Shown here one piece after another: positions 38,393 to 47,890 of a stretch of DNA of 64,000 nucleotides. Both the position numbers and the translations under genes were made by a program. The notes under the pieces were generated by a model. It did no database searches. It was given only the letters and a program-made list of their open reading frames with translations, and was not told the origin of the DNA. The stretch is taken from assembly GCA_016933675.1 (NCBI GenBank), contig JAFGAM010000126.1, forward strand, positions 16,905 to 80,904. The letters run 5' to 3'. Each line of letters opens with the position of its first letter. Position 1 is the first letter of the stretch. Origin of the DNA: Candidatus Anaeroferrophillacea bacterium. Lineage in GTDB: Bacteria; Desulfobacterota; Anaeroferrophillalia; Anaeroferrophillales; Anaeroferrophillaceae.

Positions 38393-39634
38393 ATGAAGCA
38401 TCTCGTCATCGGCGGCGGTATCGCCGGGATTGTGGCACTGGAGACCATCCGGCGCCACGATTCGCGGGCGGCGGTCACCGTTGTTGCCGCCGAGGACCAT
38501 CCCCCATACAGCCGGCCGATGACCAGCGCCCTGGTCGCCGGTACGGCTTCCCCGGCACGCATGTGTCTCCGACCCGAAACGTTCTTCGCGGATCTCGGGA
38601 TTACCGCCGTCATCGGTGACCGGGTTGTCGCCCTCGATATCGAACCCCGGGCGGTTCATACCGCCGCCGGCCGGCGAATTTCCTTCGACCGGCTGCTCAT
38701 CGCCGCCGGTGCCGAGGCAAGACTTCCGGATGTTCCCGGGGCCGATCTCGACGGCATCTTTCCCCTGCGTACCATTGCCGATGCCGAAGGCATTGTCCGG
38801 GTTGCGGCCACCGCATCCCGGGCGGTGGTTGTCGGCGGCGGGCTGGTGGGCTGCAAGGCGGCCCTGGCTCTGCGGCACCGCGGGTTGCCGGTGACCATGG
38901 TGATCACCTCTTCCTGGCCGCTGTCCCAGCAGCTGGACGATGCCGCCGGCATGATGCTGCGGGCGGAAATGGAGGAGTCGGGGATTACGGTTCTCCCCGG
39001 ACGGTCGGTGGCCGCGTTCCGGGGGAATGGCGGCCGCGTCACCGCGGCGGTGCTCGACGACGGTCGCGAACTTGCCGCCGAACTGGCGGTGGTCGGCAAG
39101 GGGGTGGTGCCGGCGGCGGATTTCGTGTCCCGGAAACATATCCGCACGGGCACGGGGATCCGGGTAAGCGAATATCTCGAGACCTCCGTTCCCGGCATCT
39201 TCGCCGCCGGCGATGTCGCCGAAACCTTCGACCTGGCCGGCGGCGGTTGGCGGTTGAATGCCATCTGGCCCGAGGCGGCGGAGCAGGGGAGGGCGGCGGG
39301 TGAAAACATGCTCGGCCGCCGGACCGCCTATCCCGGCAGCCTGGCACGCAACGTCATCCGGGCTGGGCGGCTGGATCTCGCCACCGCCGGCGTGACCGTG
39401 CCCCCGAAAGGTGAAACGGGATTCACGGTGGTCGATCACCTTGACCACCGACGGGGCTGCCGGCGGCGGCTGGTGTTTCATGACGACCGCCTCGCCGGCA
39501 TGGTGCTGGTCAACCGCATTGCCGAGGCCGGCCGGCTGATGCAGCTCATCCGTACCCGCCGACCGCTGACCCTGCCCCCCGATCTACTGCTGGAGATCAG
39601 CCTCGGCGACTGCGGCTGGCCGATCTGTATCTGA
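38393..39634 (+). CDS. FAD-dependent pyridine nucleotide-disulfide oxidoreductase (FNOR-like)
   Basis: 413 aa; two dinucleotide-binding motifs (VIGGGIAGIVA; VVVGGGLVGCKAA). Confidence 0.8.
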   Translation: MKHLVIGGGIAGIVALETIRRHDSRAAVTVVAAEDHPPYSRPMTSALVAGTASPARMCLRPETFFADLGITAVIGDRVVALDIEPRAVHTAAGRRISFDRLLIAAGAEARLPDVPGADLDGIFPLRTIADAEGIVRVAATASRAVVVGGGLVGCKAALALRHRGLPVTMVITSSWPLSQQLDDAAGMMLRAEMEESGITVLPGRSVAAFRGNGGRVTAAVLDDGRELAAELAVVGKGVVPAADFVSRKHIRTGTGIRVSEYLETSVPGIFAAGDVAETFDLAGGGWRLNAIWPEAAEQGRAAGENMLGRRTAYPGSLARNVIRAGRLDLATAGVTVPPKGETGFTVVDHLDHRRGCRRRLVFHDDRLAGMVLVNRIAEAGRLMQLIRTRRPLTLPPDLLLEISLGDCGWPICI

Positions 39635-39798
39635 ACCCCGCGGCGGCTTGATTCCAGTTCCCGGTTACGGTATGATCGGGGTGTCGATCCCAATCAGTGT
39701 TGCCACTGTGGCGGCAAAAATCTGCAGGCGCAACGAGGAGGATGTAGGGGCGACCCTTGCGGTCGGCCCGGTTACGAAGCCATCAGGGGGAGGTTGCC

Positions 39799-40410
39799 AT
39801 GAAGACTGTCCAGGTTCATCCCGAACGCTGCGTTGGCTGCATGCAGTGCATGACCGCCTGTGCCGTGGTCCACTCCCGCGCCGGTACCCTGTTCGGCGCT
39901 CTGGCCGAGGTTCCCCGGCCCCGGCCGCGGATCCACGTCGGTGCCGGACGCTGGAACGAAGGGTTTCCCAATCGTTGCCGCCACTGTGACCCGGCTCCCT
40001 GCATCCTTGCCTGTCTGCCCGGGGCCATCTTCCGCGATCCTGCCGGCGGTACGGTTCTTATCGATCCCGACCGCTGCATCAACTGTGCCTCCTGCGCCAT
40101 GGCCTGTCCCTTCGGCGTCCTGCGTTTTCACCCCGATCTTTTCGCCCCGGCGGGCAAAACCGTGGCGGTGAAGTGCGATAACTGTCTCGAGCGGCAGCAG
40201 GAAGGGCTGGAACCTGCCTGTGTCGAGGCCTGCAAGAGCGGGGCACTGACTTTCGAGGAAAGCGATGCCGCCCTGCGGCGGCAGACGAACACGGTGGCTG
40301 CCGCCCTGTCGCCGGTGGATGACTCGTGGCCGCCGGCCGGTATCCGCCACGCTGAACTGCTGCGTTTCCGCCGTACCCTGACCGAACTGCGCCGCGTCGC
40401 CGGCCGTTGA
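39799..40410 (+). CDS. cooF: 4Fe-4S ferredoxin-type electron transfer protein (CooF-like)
   Basis: ATG 39799 after GGGGGAGG; multiple CxxCxxC...CP cluster motifs (CVGCMQCMTAC; CINCASCAMACP; CDNC...C). Confidence 0.75.
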   Translation: MKTVQVHPERCVGCMQCMTACAVVHSRAGTLFGALAEVPRPRPRIHVGAGRWNEGFPNRCRHCDPAPCILACLPGAIFRDPAGGTVLIDPDRCINCASCAMACPFGVLRFHPDLFAPAGKTVAVKCDNCLERQQEGLEPACVEACKSGALTFEESDAALRRQTNTVAAALSPVDDSWPPAGIRHAELLRFRRTLTELRRVAGR

Positions 40411-40427
40411 AACAAGGGGAGAATGTC

Positions 40428-42314
40428 ATGGAAAAGAAGAGCGAGTCGCGTACCATTACCACTGACGGACGCCTGTTGCTCGGCGTCATGGAGCGGGACG
40501 GTGTCGAGACCGTCTGGGACCGTCTCAAAGCCCAGCAGCCCCAGTGCGGCTACTGCGACCTGGGACTCAGCTGCCGCAACTGCGCCATGGGCCCCTGCCG
40601 CATCGATCCCTTCGGCGAGGGCCCGCAGCTCGGCGTTTGCGGCGCCGATGCCGACATCATCGTCGCCCGCAACCTCGGCCGCATGATCGCCGCCGGCGCT
40701 GCGGCCCATTCCGACCACGGCCGCGATCTTGTCGAGGTGCTGGCGGCGGTGGCCCGCGACGAGGCGCCGGGATACGGCATCGGCGACGAGGAAAAACTGC
40801 GGCGGGTGGCGGCGGAATACGGCATCGACACCGCCGGGGTGCGGGGCGCGAAGGAGATCGCCGCCGACCTGGCCGACGCCCTGTTCGAGGAGTATGGTAC
40901 CCGCAAGGGGCACCTCACCATGGCCGGACGGGCGCCGGCAGCGCGCCGCGAAACCTGGAAAAGGCTGAACATCACCCCGCGAGGCGTAGACCGCGAAACC
41001 TCGGAGATGATGCACCGTACCCACATGGGGGTGGACAACGGCTGGCAGAGTCTCTTGCTCCACGGCCTGCGCAACGCCCTCTCCGACGGCTGGGGCGGTT
41101 CGATGATCGCCACCGAGGTTTCCGATATCCTCTTCGGCACCCCGGCGCCGCGGCCAACGAAGGTCAACGTCGGGGTGCTGCGGGAGGACGAGGTCAACAT
41201 CGTCGTCCACGGTCACAATCCGGTGGTGTCCGAGATGGTGCTCCGGGCGGCGACGAATCCGGAACTGATCGCTCTGGCCGGGGAACGGGGTGCTGCCGGC
41301 ATCAACGTTGCCGGCCTGTGTTGCACCGGCAACGAGCTGCTCATGCGCCACGGCATACCCATAGCCGGCAATCACCTGATGTCCGAGCTGGTGCTAGGTA
41401 CCGGCGCGGTCGACCTGATGCTGGTGGACTACCAGTGCATCATGCCCTCACTGGGCGCCATCGCCCCCTGCTACCATACGAAAATGGTCAGCACCAGCGA
41501 TAAGGCGCGCTTCCCGGGGATGGAACACATCGAGTTTCATCCCGACAACGCCGCCGCCGAGGCGGATCACCTGGTGCATCTCGCCATCGACAGCTACGGC
41601 CGGCGGGGCCGGGTGACGATCCCGGTGGAACCGGTGGACGCCGTCGGTGGCTTCTCCGTCGAGGCCATCATCGGCGCTCTCGGCGGCACCCCGGCGCCCC
41701 TGGTGGAGGCCATCAGGGTCGGTAAAGTCCGCGGCGCCGTCGGCGTCGTCGGTTGTAACAACCCCAAGATCACCCATGATTTCGGCCATGTGGAACTGAC
41801 CCGCGAGCTCATCGGCCACGACTGCCTGGTGGTGGACACCGGTTGTGCCGCGGTGGCCAACGCCAAGGCCGGTTTCAAGGTGAACGAGGCCGTCAGATAC
41901 GCCGGGCCGGGGCTGAGGGAGGTCTGCGACGCCCTGGGTATCCCGCCGGTGCTGCACCTGGGCAGTTGCGTCGACAACGTCCGCATCCTCGTGCTGGCGG
42001 CAGCCCTGGCCGACCATCTCGGGGTGGATATCAGCGATCTGCCGCTGGCCGGCGCGGCGCCGGAGTGGTACTCGGAAAAGGCGGTGTCCATAGCTGCCTA
42101 TTTCGTCGCCTCCGGGGTGCATACGGTGCTCGGGCCCATGCCGCCGGTGGGCGGCAGCGCCAACGTCGTCAACCTGCTGACCGTCGGCCTGACGGATCTG
42201 CTGGGGGCGTCATTCAGTGTCGAGCCGGACCCGCACCAGGCGTCGCTCTTGATCCGGCGCCACATCGAAGCAAAACGGAAAGGACTTGGATTGTCTCATG
42301 AAGTACCGCAGTAA
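40428..42314 (+). CDS. cooS: anaerobic carbon-monoxide dehydrogenase catalytic subunit
   Basis: ATG 40428 after GGGGAG; N-terminal B/D-cluster Cys (CGYCDLGLSCRNCAMGPC), long C-cluster-containing body, about 630 aa. Confidence 0.9.
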   Translation: MEKKSESRTITTDGRLLLGVMERDGVETVWDRLKAQQPQCGYCDLGLSCRNCAMGPCRIDPFGEGPQLGVCGADADIIVARNLGRMIAAGAAAHSDHGRDLVEVLAAVARDEAPGYGIGDEEKLRRVAAEYGIDTAGVRGAKEIAADLADALFEEYGTRKGHLTMAGRAPAARRETWKRLNITPRGVDRETSEMMHRTHMGVDNGWQSLLLHGLRNALSDGWGGSMIATEVSDILFGTPAPRPTKVNVGVLREDEVNIVVHGHNPVVSEMVLRAATNPELIALAGERGAAGINVAGLCCTGNELLMRHGIPIAGNHLMSELVLGTGAVDLMLVDYQCIMPSLGAIAPCYHTKMVSTSDKARFPGMEHIEFHPDNAAAEADHLVHLAIDSYGRRGRVTIPVEPVDAVGGFSVEAIIGALGGTPAPLVEAIRVGKVRGAVGVVGCNNPKITHDFGHVELTRELIGHDCLVVDTGCAAVANAKAGFKVNEAVRYAGPGLREVCDALGIPPVLHLGSCVDNVRILVLAAALADHLGVDISDLPLAGAAPEWYSEKAVSIAAYFVASGVHTVLGPMPPVGGSANVVNLLTVGLTDLLGASFSVEPDPHQASLLIRRHIEAKRKGLGLSHEVPQ

Positions 42315-42774
42315 TTTGAAGCATTGCCGTAATCCCCGGTCAATACGGACGTTTGCTTGTCTGACCATGGTTCTTCTGCTCCTGTGGTCGGCGACGGCCT
42401 TCGCCGAGCGTCTTGCGGTTATCGTCGATACCGCCAACATCCGCCGCGGTCCCGGTACCGGGCACGAGGTTTTGTGGCAGGTCGGCCGCTACTATCCGCT
42501 GCAGATCATCGAACGCCGGGGAGAGTGGCTGCTGTTCAGTGACTTCGAGGGCGACTGCGGCTGGATCCACCAGAAACTGGTAACCGATACCGACGCGGTG
42601 ATCACCATCATCGACAATTGCAACATCCGCTCGGGACCGGGCACCGACAACCCGGTGGTTTTCACCGCCGAACGCGGGGTTGCTTTCCGAGTACTGAATC
42701 GGCGGGGCGACTGGCTGCAGATCCGCCATCCCGATGGCGACGAAGGGTGGGTCCACCGTAAACTGGTGTGGTGA
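42298..42774 (+). CDS. secreted protein with two SH3b domains
   Basis: start ATG 42298 (MKYRS), overlapping the cooS end; signal peptide; duplicated motif ...NIRRGPGTGHEV...GEWLLF...GWIHQKLV / ...NIRSGPGTDNPV...GDWLQI...GWVHRKLV. Confidence 0.6.
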   Translation: MKYRSNLKHCRNPRSIRTFACLTMVLLLLWSATAFAERLAVIVDTANIRRGPGTGHEVLWQVGRYYPLQIIERRGEWLLFSDFEGDCGWIHQKLVTDTDAVITIIDNCNIRSGPGTDNPVVFTAERGVAFRVLNRRGDWLQIRHPDGDEGWVHRKLVW

Positions 42775-42958
42775 GACCGCCGCGGCGGAGGCTTTTTCGT
42801 TTCCCTCCGGCCGGATGTGGAACGCCATTGCCCGCCCAATGCCAGGGGGCGCTGGTTGACGCGGGACAGAGGAGAGATTCATGAATTGTTACCGCGGCTT
42901 GCAGGGCAACAGCGATGAACGCCGGGGATGGACCAGTGCTCTGGTCGACACAAGTGGC

Positions 42959-43215
42959 TTGACAAATGCCGTTTTTTTGCGTAGAGAAACCCAAAACAAT
43001 CACCGGGGGCCAGGTACGTGAAAATCCTGTTTCGACAACAGTCATGCGGGTGGTGGCGCAATCCCTAGGAGGATTGTCCGCCACCCGCGGATTCAGCCAA
43101 CGGGCCATGGACATTCCGCCGCGCTACGGTGTGATCCATGGCCTTCGATTTATATGCAGCTATGGATACCGCGAAACGGATCCATAGCTTTTTTTACATC
43201 GGGAGCCGTCATTTC
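42959..43215 (+). promoter_or_regulatory. promoter plus structured 5' leader (candidate riboswitch/attenuator) of the PaaK-like ligase gene
   Basis: TTGACA (42959-64), 17-nt spacer, TAGAGA (42982-87); leader contains an imperfect hairpin at 43046-43088 with a nested 6-bp palindrome; hairpin A at 43103-43143 (9 bp); terminator hairpin at 43158-43195; the right arm of hairpin A (ATCCATGG) can alternatively pair with the terminator left arm (CTATGGAT). Confidence 0.45.
43158..43195 (+). terminator. intrinsic terminator 20 nt upstream of the PaaK-like start codon
   Basis: AGCTATGGAT-ACCGCGAAACGG-ATCCATAGCT followed by TTTTTTT; lies in the 5' leader, not after a gene. Confidence 0.6.
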
Positions 43216-44568
43216 ATGCCGCCGCAAACCTTCATGGATCATATGACCGCCGATGGTATCGCCACCCGCCAGCGCGAAGGGCTGTGCCAGACGGTGCGCC
43301 ACGCCTTCGACAACTGCGCATTCTATCGCCGGAAACTTACCGCCGCCGGTATCGATCCGGCGTCGATCACCGGTATTGCCGATCTGCCGCGGCTGCCGTT
43401 TACCACCGCCGACGACCTGCGGGACGGCTACCCCTATCCGCTCCTCTCGGTACCCTTGGAGCGGGTGGTGCGGGTACACGCCTCCTCGGGCACCACCGGC
43501 AAGAAGAAGGTGATGGCCTATACCCAGCGGGATATCGACGACTGGGTTCATTTTTTCGCCCGCTGTTACGAAACGGCCGGCGTCACCCCGGCTGACCGGG
43601 TGCAGATCGCCGTCGGCTACGGCCTGTGGACCGCCGGTTTTGGTTTCCAGCTGGGCTGTGAAAAGCTCGGCGCCATGGCGATTCCCATCGGTCCGGGCAA
43701 TATCGACCTGCAGTGCGAGCTGGCGCTGGATTTTGCGTCCACCGTGTTGTGCTGCACCGCTTCCATGGGGCTGCTGCTGGCCGAGGAAGTCAACCATCGC
43801 GGCATCCGCGACCGCCTGGCCCTGAAAACCGTCATTCTTGGTTCCGAGCGCAGCTCCGATGCCATGCTCCAGCGCATCCGCACCCTGCTGGGGGTTGAGG
43901 AGGTCTTCGATATCCCCGGCTTGACCGAACTCTACGGCCCCGGTACCGGGCTCGATTGCCGCTACCACTGCGGCATCCATTACTGGGCCGATTACTACAT
44001 TGTCGAGATCGTCGACCCCGACACCCTCGAACCACTGCCGCCGGGCGAGGCGGGAGAGATGGTGGTGACTACCCTGCGCAAAGAAGCGGCGCCGCTCATC
44101 CGCTACCGCACCCGGGATCTGTGCCGCCTGCTGCCGGGCGAATGCCCCTGCGGCTCGCCCTTTCCACGCCATGACCGTATCCTCGGACGTACCGACAACA
44201 TGTTCAAATTCCGCGCGGTGAACATCTATCCCGGCCAGATTGACGAAATCCTTTCTGATGCCGAGGGGGTGTCGAGTGAATACCGCATTGTCCTCGAACG
44301 CCGCCCGGATGGCCGCGACGAGATGCTCATTGAGGTGGAGGCCGATCCCGACAGTGCGCCGGGCGCTGAACGCGAACGGATCGCGGCGGCGATCAGGTCG
44401 GCGGTGAAACACAAAATCATGGTGACTCCCGACGTGGCGGTGGTGGATTACGCCTCCCTGCCGCGCAGCGAGCGCAAGACGCAGCGGGTGATCGACCGGC
44501 GTTTCGCCGAATGTACGGGCGCACGGCCGTGCGCCCCAACGAAACCGCCATCGGGAAACCCCGGATGA
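43216..44568 (+). CDS. phenylacetate-CoA ligase family adenylate-forming enzyme (PaaK/CapK-like)
   Basis: start ATG 43216 chosen because the N-terminal length then matches PaaK homologues (35 aa before YRRKL); ORF track extends to 43138 through the terminator; AMP motif SSGTTGKKKV; YGPGTG. Confidence 0.75.
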   Translation: MPPQTFMDHMTADGIATRQREGLCQTVRHAFDNCAFYRRKLTAAGIDPASITGIADLPRLPFTTADDLRDGYPYPLLSVPLERVVRVHASSGTTGKKKVMAYTQRDIDDWVHFFARCYETAGVTPADRVQIAVGYGLWTAGFGFQLGCEKLGAMAIPIGPGNIDLQCELALDFASTVLCCTASMGLLLAEEVNHRGIRDRLALKTVILGSERSSDAMLQRIRTLLGVEEVFDIPGLTELYGPGTGLDCRYHCGIHYWADYYIVEIVDPDTLEPLPPGEAGEMVVTTLRKEAAPLIRYRTRDLCRLLPGECPCGSPFPRHDRILGRTDNMFKFRAVNIYPGQIDEILSDAEGVSSEYRIVLERRPDGRDEMLIEVEADPDSAPGAERERIAAAIRSAVKHKIMVTPDVAVVDYASLPRSERKTQRVIDRRFAECTGARPCAPTKPPSGNPG

Positions 44569-45221
44569 AAGAAATCATGTTGCAATTGGCAATCATGACC
44601 GTGCCGGTGCTCCTGGCGGTTACCGTCCACGAGCTGGCCCACGGCCTGGCGGCGGACCGCTTCGGCGATCACACCCCGCGGATGCTCGGTCGCCTGACGC
44701 TCAATCCGCTCAAACATCTCGATCCCGTCGGTACCCTGGTGTTCCTTGTCACCCGGGTCATCGGCTGGGCCAAGCCCATTCCCATCAACCCGCGCAACCT
44801 CACCGATTCGAAGCGCCAGCTGCCGCTCATCGCGCTTGCCGGACCGGCGGCAAACTTCCTGCTCGCCGGCGCCAGCGCCCTGGTCTATCACGTCGCCGGT
44901 TATCTGGCCCTGGCACTGGGCGGCAACTGGATCACCGGCACGGTGCTGACCCCGGTGCTGCTCATGGCCCGGGTCAGCGTCTTTCTCAACCTGGCACTGG
45001 GGTTTTTCAACCTTCTGCCGGTGCCACCGCTTGACGGCAGCCGCATCGTCGGATTTCTGCTCCCGGCCCAACTGGCCTATGTCTATGGCCGCATCGAGCA
45101 GTACGGCTTCATCATCATCCTCGCCCTGGTATTTACCGGCGGTATCGAGCTGGTGCTGGTGCCGTTGATCACCTATTGTTCACATCTGCTTATCGGCGGT
45201 GCGCCGGTGCCGTTTTTCTGA
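44565..45221 (+). CDS. site-2 protease family (M50) zinc metalloprotease, small membrane-embedded type
   Basis: MKEIMLQLAIM...; HELAHG zinc motif inside a TM; LDG motif (VPPLDGSRIV); ATG overlaps the upstream stop (ATGA). Confidence 0.75.
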   Translation: MKEIMLQLAIMTVPVLLAVTVHELAHGLAADRFGDHTPRMLGRLTLNPLKHLDPVGTLVFLVTRVIGWAKPIPINPRNLTDSKRQLPLIALAGPAANFLLAGASALVYHVAGYLALALGGNWITGTVLTPVLLMARVSVFLNLALGFFNLLPVPPLDGSRIVGFLLPAQLAYVYGRIEQYGFIIILALVFTGGIELVLVPLITYCSHLLIGGAPVPFF

Positions 45222-45339
45222 CGCCGGCACCGCCGGAGCCTCCCGGCACCGCCGGATGCCTGGCCGCAAAGAGAGGATATTGATGCTGAATCGACACCAC
45301 GTAATCGTCAACCATAATGCAATGTATGGGGCATAACCG

Positions 45340-46335
45340 ATGAATGACAAAGGAAAACGTGTTCTTTCCGGCATGCGTACCACGGGCAGGCTCCACCTCG
45401 GACACTATCACGGGGTGCTGGTCAACTGGCTGCGTTTCCAGGAGGAATACGACTGTTTCTTCTTCGCCGCCGACTGGCACGCCCTGACCAGCGAATACCA
45501 GAACCCGGAGATCATCCGCGACTCCACCCGTGACATTCTGCTGGACTGGCTCGGCGCCGGCATCGATCCGGAGCGGGCGACGCTGTTCATTCAATCCCAT
45601 GTCATGGAGCACGCCGAACTGCACCTGCTGTTGTCGATGATCACCCCGCTGTCCTGGCTGCTGCGCAACCCGACCTACAAGGACTCCCAGACGGAGGCCG
45701 CGGGCGACACCCTGGCAACCTACGGTTTCCTTGGCTACCCGGTGCTCCAGGCCGCCGACATCATCATCTATCGTGCCCACCTGGTGCCCATCGGCCACGA
45801 CCAGCTGCCCCACGTTGAACTCACGCGGGAGATCGCCCGGCGTTTCAACCATCTCTACGGTGACGTCTTCCCGGTGCCCGATCCGATCCTCACCGAGGTA
45901 CCGAAGCTCTCCGGACTCGACGGTCGAAAAATGAGCAAAAGTTATGACAACGCCATCTATCTTTCGGACGACGAGGCGGCGGTCACCGCCAAGGTGTCGT
46001 CCATGGTCACCGACATCCGGCGCGCGCGGCGCACGGATCCCGGCGATCCGGAGCAATGCAACCTCTTCCCGCTCCACCGGCTGTATTCCCCGGCCGGTGA
46101 GGTCGAACGCATTCGCGCGGAATGTCCGCAGGCGGCCATCGGCTGCGTCGAGTGCAAGCGGCTGCTGACGAAAAACCTGCTGATCGGGATGGGCCCTCTG
46201 CGCGAGCGCCGGCGACGCTACGAGGAACACCCGGGGCTGGTGGACGAGATCCTTGCCGCCGGTACCGATCATGCCCGAAGGGTGGCGCGGGAAACAATGA
46301 CGCGGGTGCGCGACGCCATGAAGCTGAGCCGCTGA
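45340..46335 (+). CDS. trpS: tryptophan--tRNA ligase
   Basis: HIGH motif (GRLHLGHYHG), KMSKS (KMSKS present as GRKMSKS). Confidence 0.9.
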   Translation: MNDKGKRVLSGMRTTGRLHLGHYHGVLVNWLRFQEEYDCFFFAADWHALTSEYQNPEIIRDSTRDILLDWLGAGIDPERATLFIQSHVMEHAELHLLLSMITPLSWLLRNPTYKDSQTEAAGDTLATYGFLGYPVLQAADIIIYRAHLVPIGHDQLPHVELTREIARRFNHLYGDVFPVPDPILTEVPKLSGLDGRKMSKSYDNAIYLSDDEAAVTAKVSSMVTDIRRARRTDPGDPEQCNLFPLHRLYSPAGEVERIRAECPQAAIGCVECKRLLTKNLLIGMGPLRERRRRYEEHPGLVDEILAAGTDHARRVARETMTRVRDAMKLSR

Positions 46336-46340
46336 CGCCC

Positions 46341-47270
46341 ATGGACGGACCGGAACCCGGAGCGGAAGGGGGAACGTATACCGGGGCGGCGGTAGCGGCC
46401 GACATTGTCCGGCCGTTCTTTCCCCCGGCCCACACCCATGCCCTCTATGCGCTGCAGGAGCATTTCTATGTGCTGCTGGACAGCTTCGAGGGGCCGCTGG
46501 ACCTGCTCCTTTTCCTCGTCCGCAAGAACCGGGTGGCAATCGAGGATCTGCCGATTCTCAACATTACCCGTCAGTACCTCGCCTACCTCGAACTGATGGG
46601 GGAGATGAACCTGGCCATCGCCTCGGAATATCTGGTGATGGCCGCCACCCTCATCCAGATCAAGTCCCGGGTGTTGATCAGGATGCAGACGCCGACGGAT
46701 GAGGGGGCTGAGGATGAAGGTGAAGATCCGCGCGAGGAGCTCATCGCCCGGCTTCAGGCCTACGAACTGTACCGCAAGGGTGCCGATTTCCTCGCGGCGC
46801 AACCCCTGTTGGGCCGGGATGTCTTCTCCCGGCCGCAGGTTGACGATTTCTCCCGGCTGCCGGCAGCGGGGGACACCGCGCCCGTGGAACGCTACGCGGT
46901 GACCGTCGCCGATCTGCTCACCGCCTACGTCGCCGTGGCCGACCGCCTGAAAGCCGAAAGCGAACGACTCGAGATCGTCCAGGACGCCGTCAGTCTCGAC
47001 CAGATGCTGGACCATGTTACGGCGCGACTGGCGACGCATTCACCGCAGGAATTCGAGGAGCTGGCCCGCCGGTTGCCGGCCGATCGTTCCCTGCTGGCGG
47101 TACTCTTCTTCTCGCTGCTGGAGTTAACCCGGCTCAAACGGGTGCGGCTGGCCCAGGAGGAACCTTTCGCGCCCATCGTCGTGAGCCGCCGCCGGCACTC
47201 CGGAGACGGCCCGCCGGTTGCCGACGGATGGAATGCGGCGGGGGACGGTGCCAACCCTTTTACCGCCTGA
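46341..47270 (+). CDS. scpA: segregation and condensation protein A
   Basis: ORF track 46122..47270 overlaps trpS; start taken at ATG 46341; FEGPLDLLLFLVRKNRVAIEDLPI is the ScpA signature. Confidence 0.75.
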   Translation: MDGPEPGAEGGTYTGAAVAADIVRPFFPPAHTHALYALQEHFYVLLDSFEGPLDLLLFLVRKNRVAIEDLPILNITRQYLAYLELMGEMNLAIASEYLVMAATLIQIKSRVLIRMQTPTDEGAEDEGEDPREELIARLQAYELYRKGADFLAAQPLLGRDVFSRPQVDDFSRLPAAGDTAPVERYAVTVADLLTAYVAVADRLKAESERLEIVQDAVSLDQMLDHVTARLATHSPQEFEELARRLPADRSLLAVLFFSLLELTRLKRVRLAQEEPFAPIVVSRRRHSGDGPPVADGWNAAGDGANPFTA

Positions 47271-47307
47271 ATGAGGGCACGACCATAACCACAGTGAGGA
47301 TCCGGTC

Positions 47308-47883
47308 ATGGACTCCGCCAGCCTTTATACCTGCAAGGACATCATTGAAAGCCTGCTGCTGGTAGCTGCCGAGCCTCTGACTCCGGCGGCGCTCGGTGAG
47401 GTGCTCGAAATTGACGATAATGAACTGATCGCCGCCGCCGTCGATCACTTGGAAGATGAGTATCGCCGCCGCAACCGGGGTTTTCTGCTGCAGCGGGTGG
47501 GGGGCGGTATCCGCCTGGTAACCCGGGAGGAGAACGCCCCTTACATCCGCCGCTACATCGCCGGTAAGCCGGTGCGCTTCAGTCGCGCGGCCCTGGAGAC
47601 CCTTGCCATCGTTGCCTACCGCCAGCCGGTGACCAGACCGGAGATCGATGCGGTGCGTGGCGTCGATTCCTCCGGCGTCATCCGGCAACTGCTGACCCGT
47701 GAGTTGATCACCATCAAGGGACGCAAGGATGTCCCGGGATCCCCCATGCTCTATGTCACCACCGACCGCTTCCTCCAGATCTTCAATCTTCGGACCCTTT
47801 CCAGCCTGCCGGACATCAAAAGTTTCGGCGATCTCTACCCGGCGGCCGAGCTGCCGCTCCTGGACCGCCAGGTGGAAGGGTAG
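47308..47883 (+). CDS. scpB: segregation and condensation protein B
   Basis: 191 aa; ScpB pattern (LESLLLVAAEPL...AYRQPVTRPEIDAVRGV). Confidence 0.85.
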   Translation: MDSASLYTCKDIIESLLLVAAEPLTPAALGEVLEIDDNELIAAAVDHLEDEYRRRNRGFLLQRVGGGIRLVTREENAPYIRRYIAGKPVRFSRAALETLAIVAYRQPVTRPEIDAVRGVDSSGVIRQLLTRELITIKGRKDVPGSPMLYVTTDRFLQIFNLRTLSSLPDIKSFGDLYPAAELPLLDRQVEG

Positions 47884-47890
47884 GGAAACG

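Noticed and set aside
43138-43215. Upstream ATG (43138) proposed by the ORF track as the start of the PaaK-like gene
   Set aside because: It would place an intrinsic terminator hairpin plus U7 inside the CDS. A start at 43216 has an RBS and gives the N-terminal length seen in PaaK homologues.
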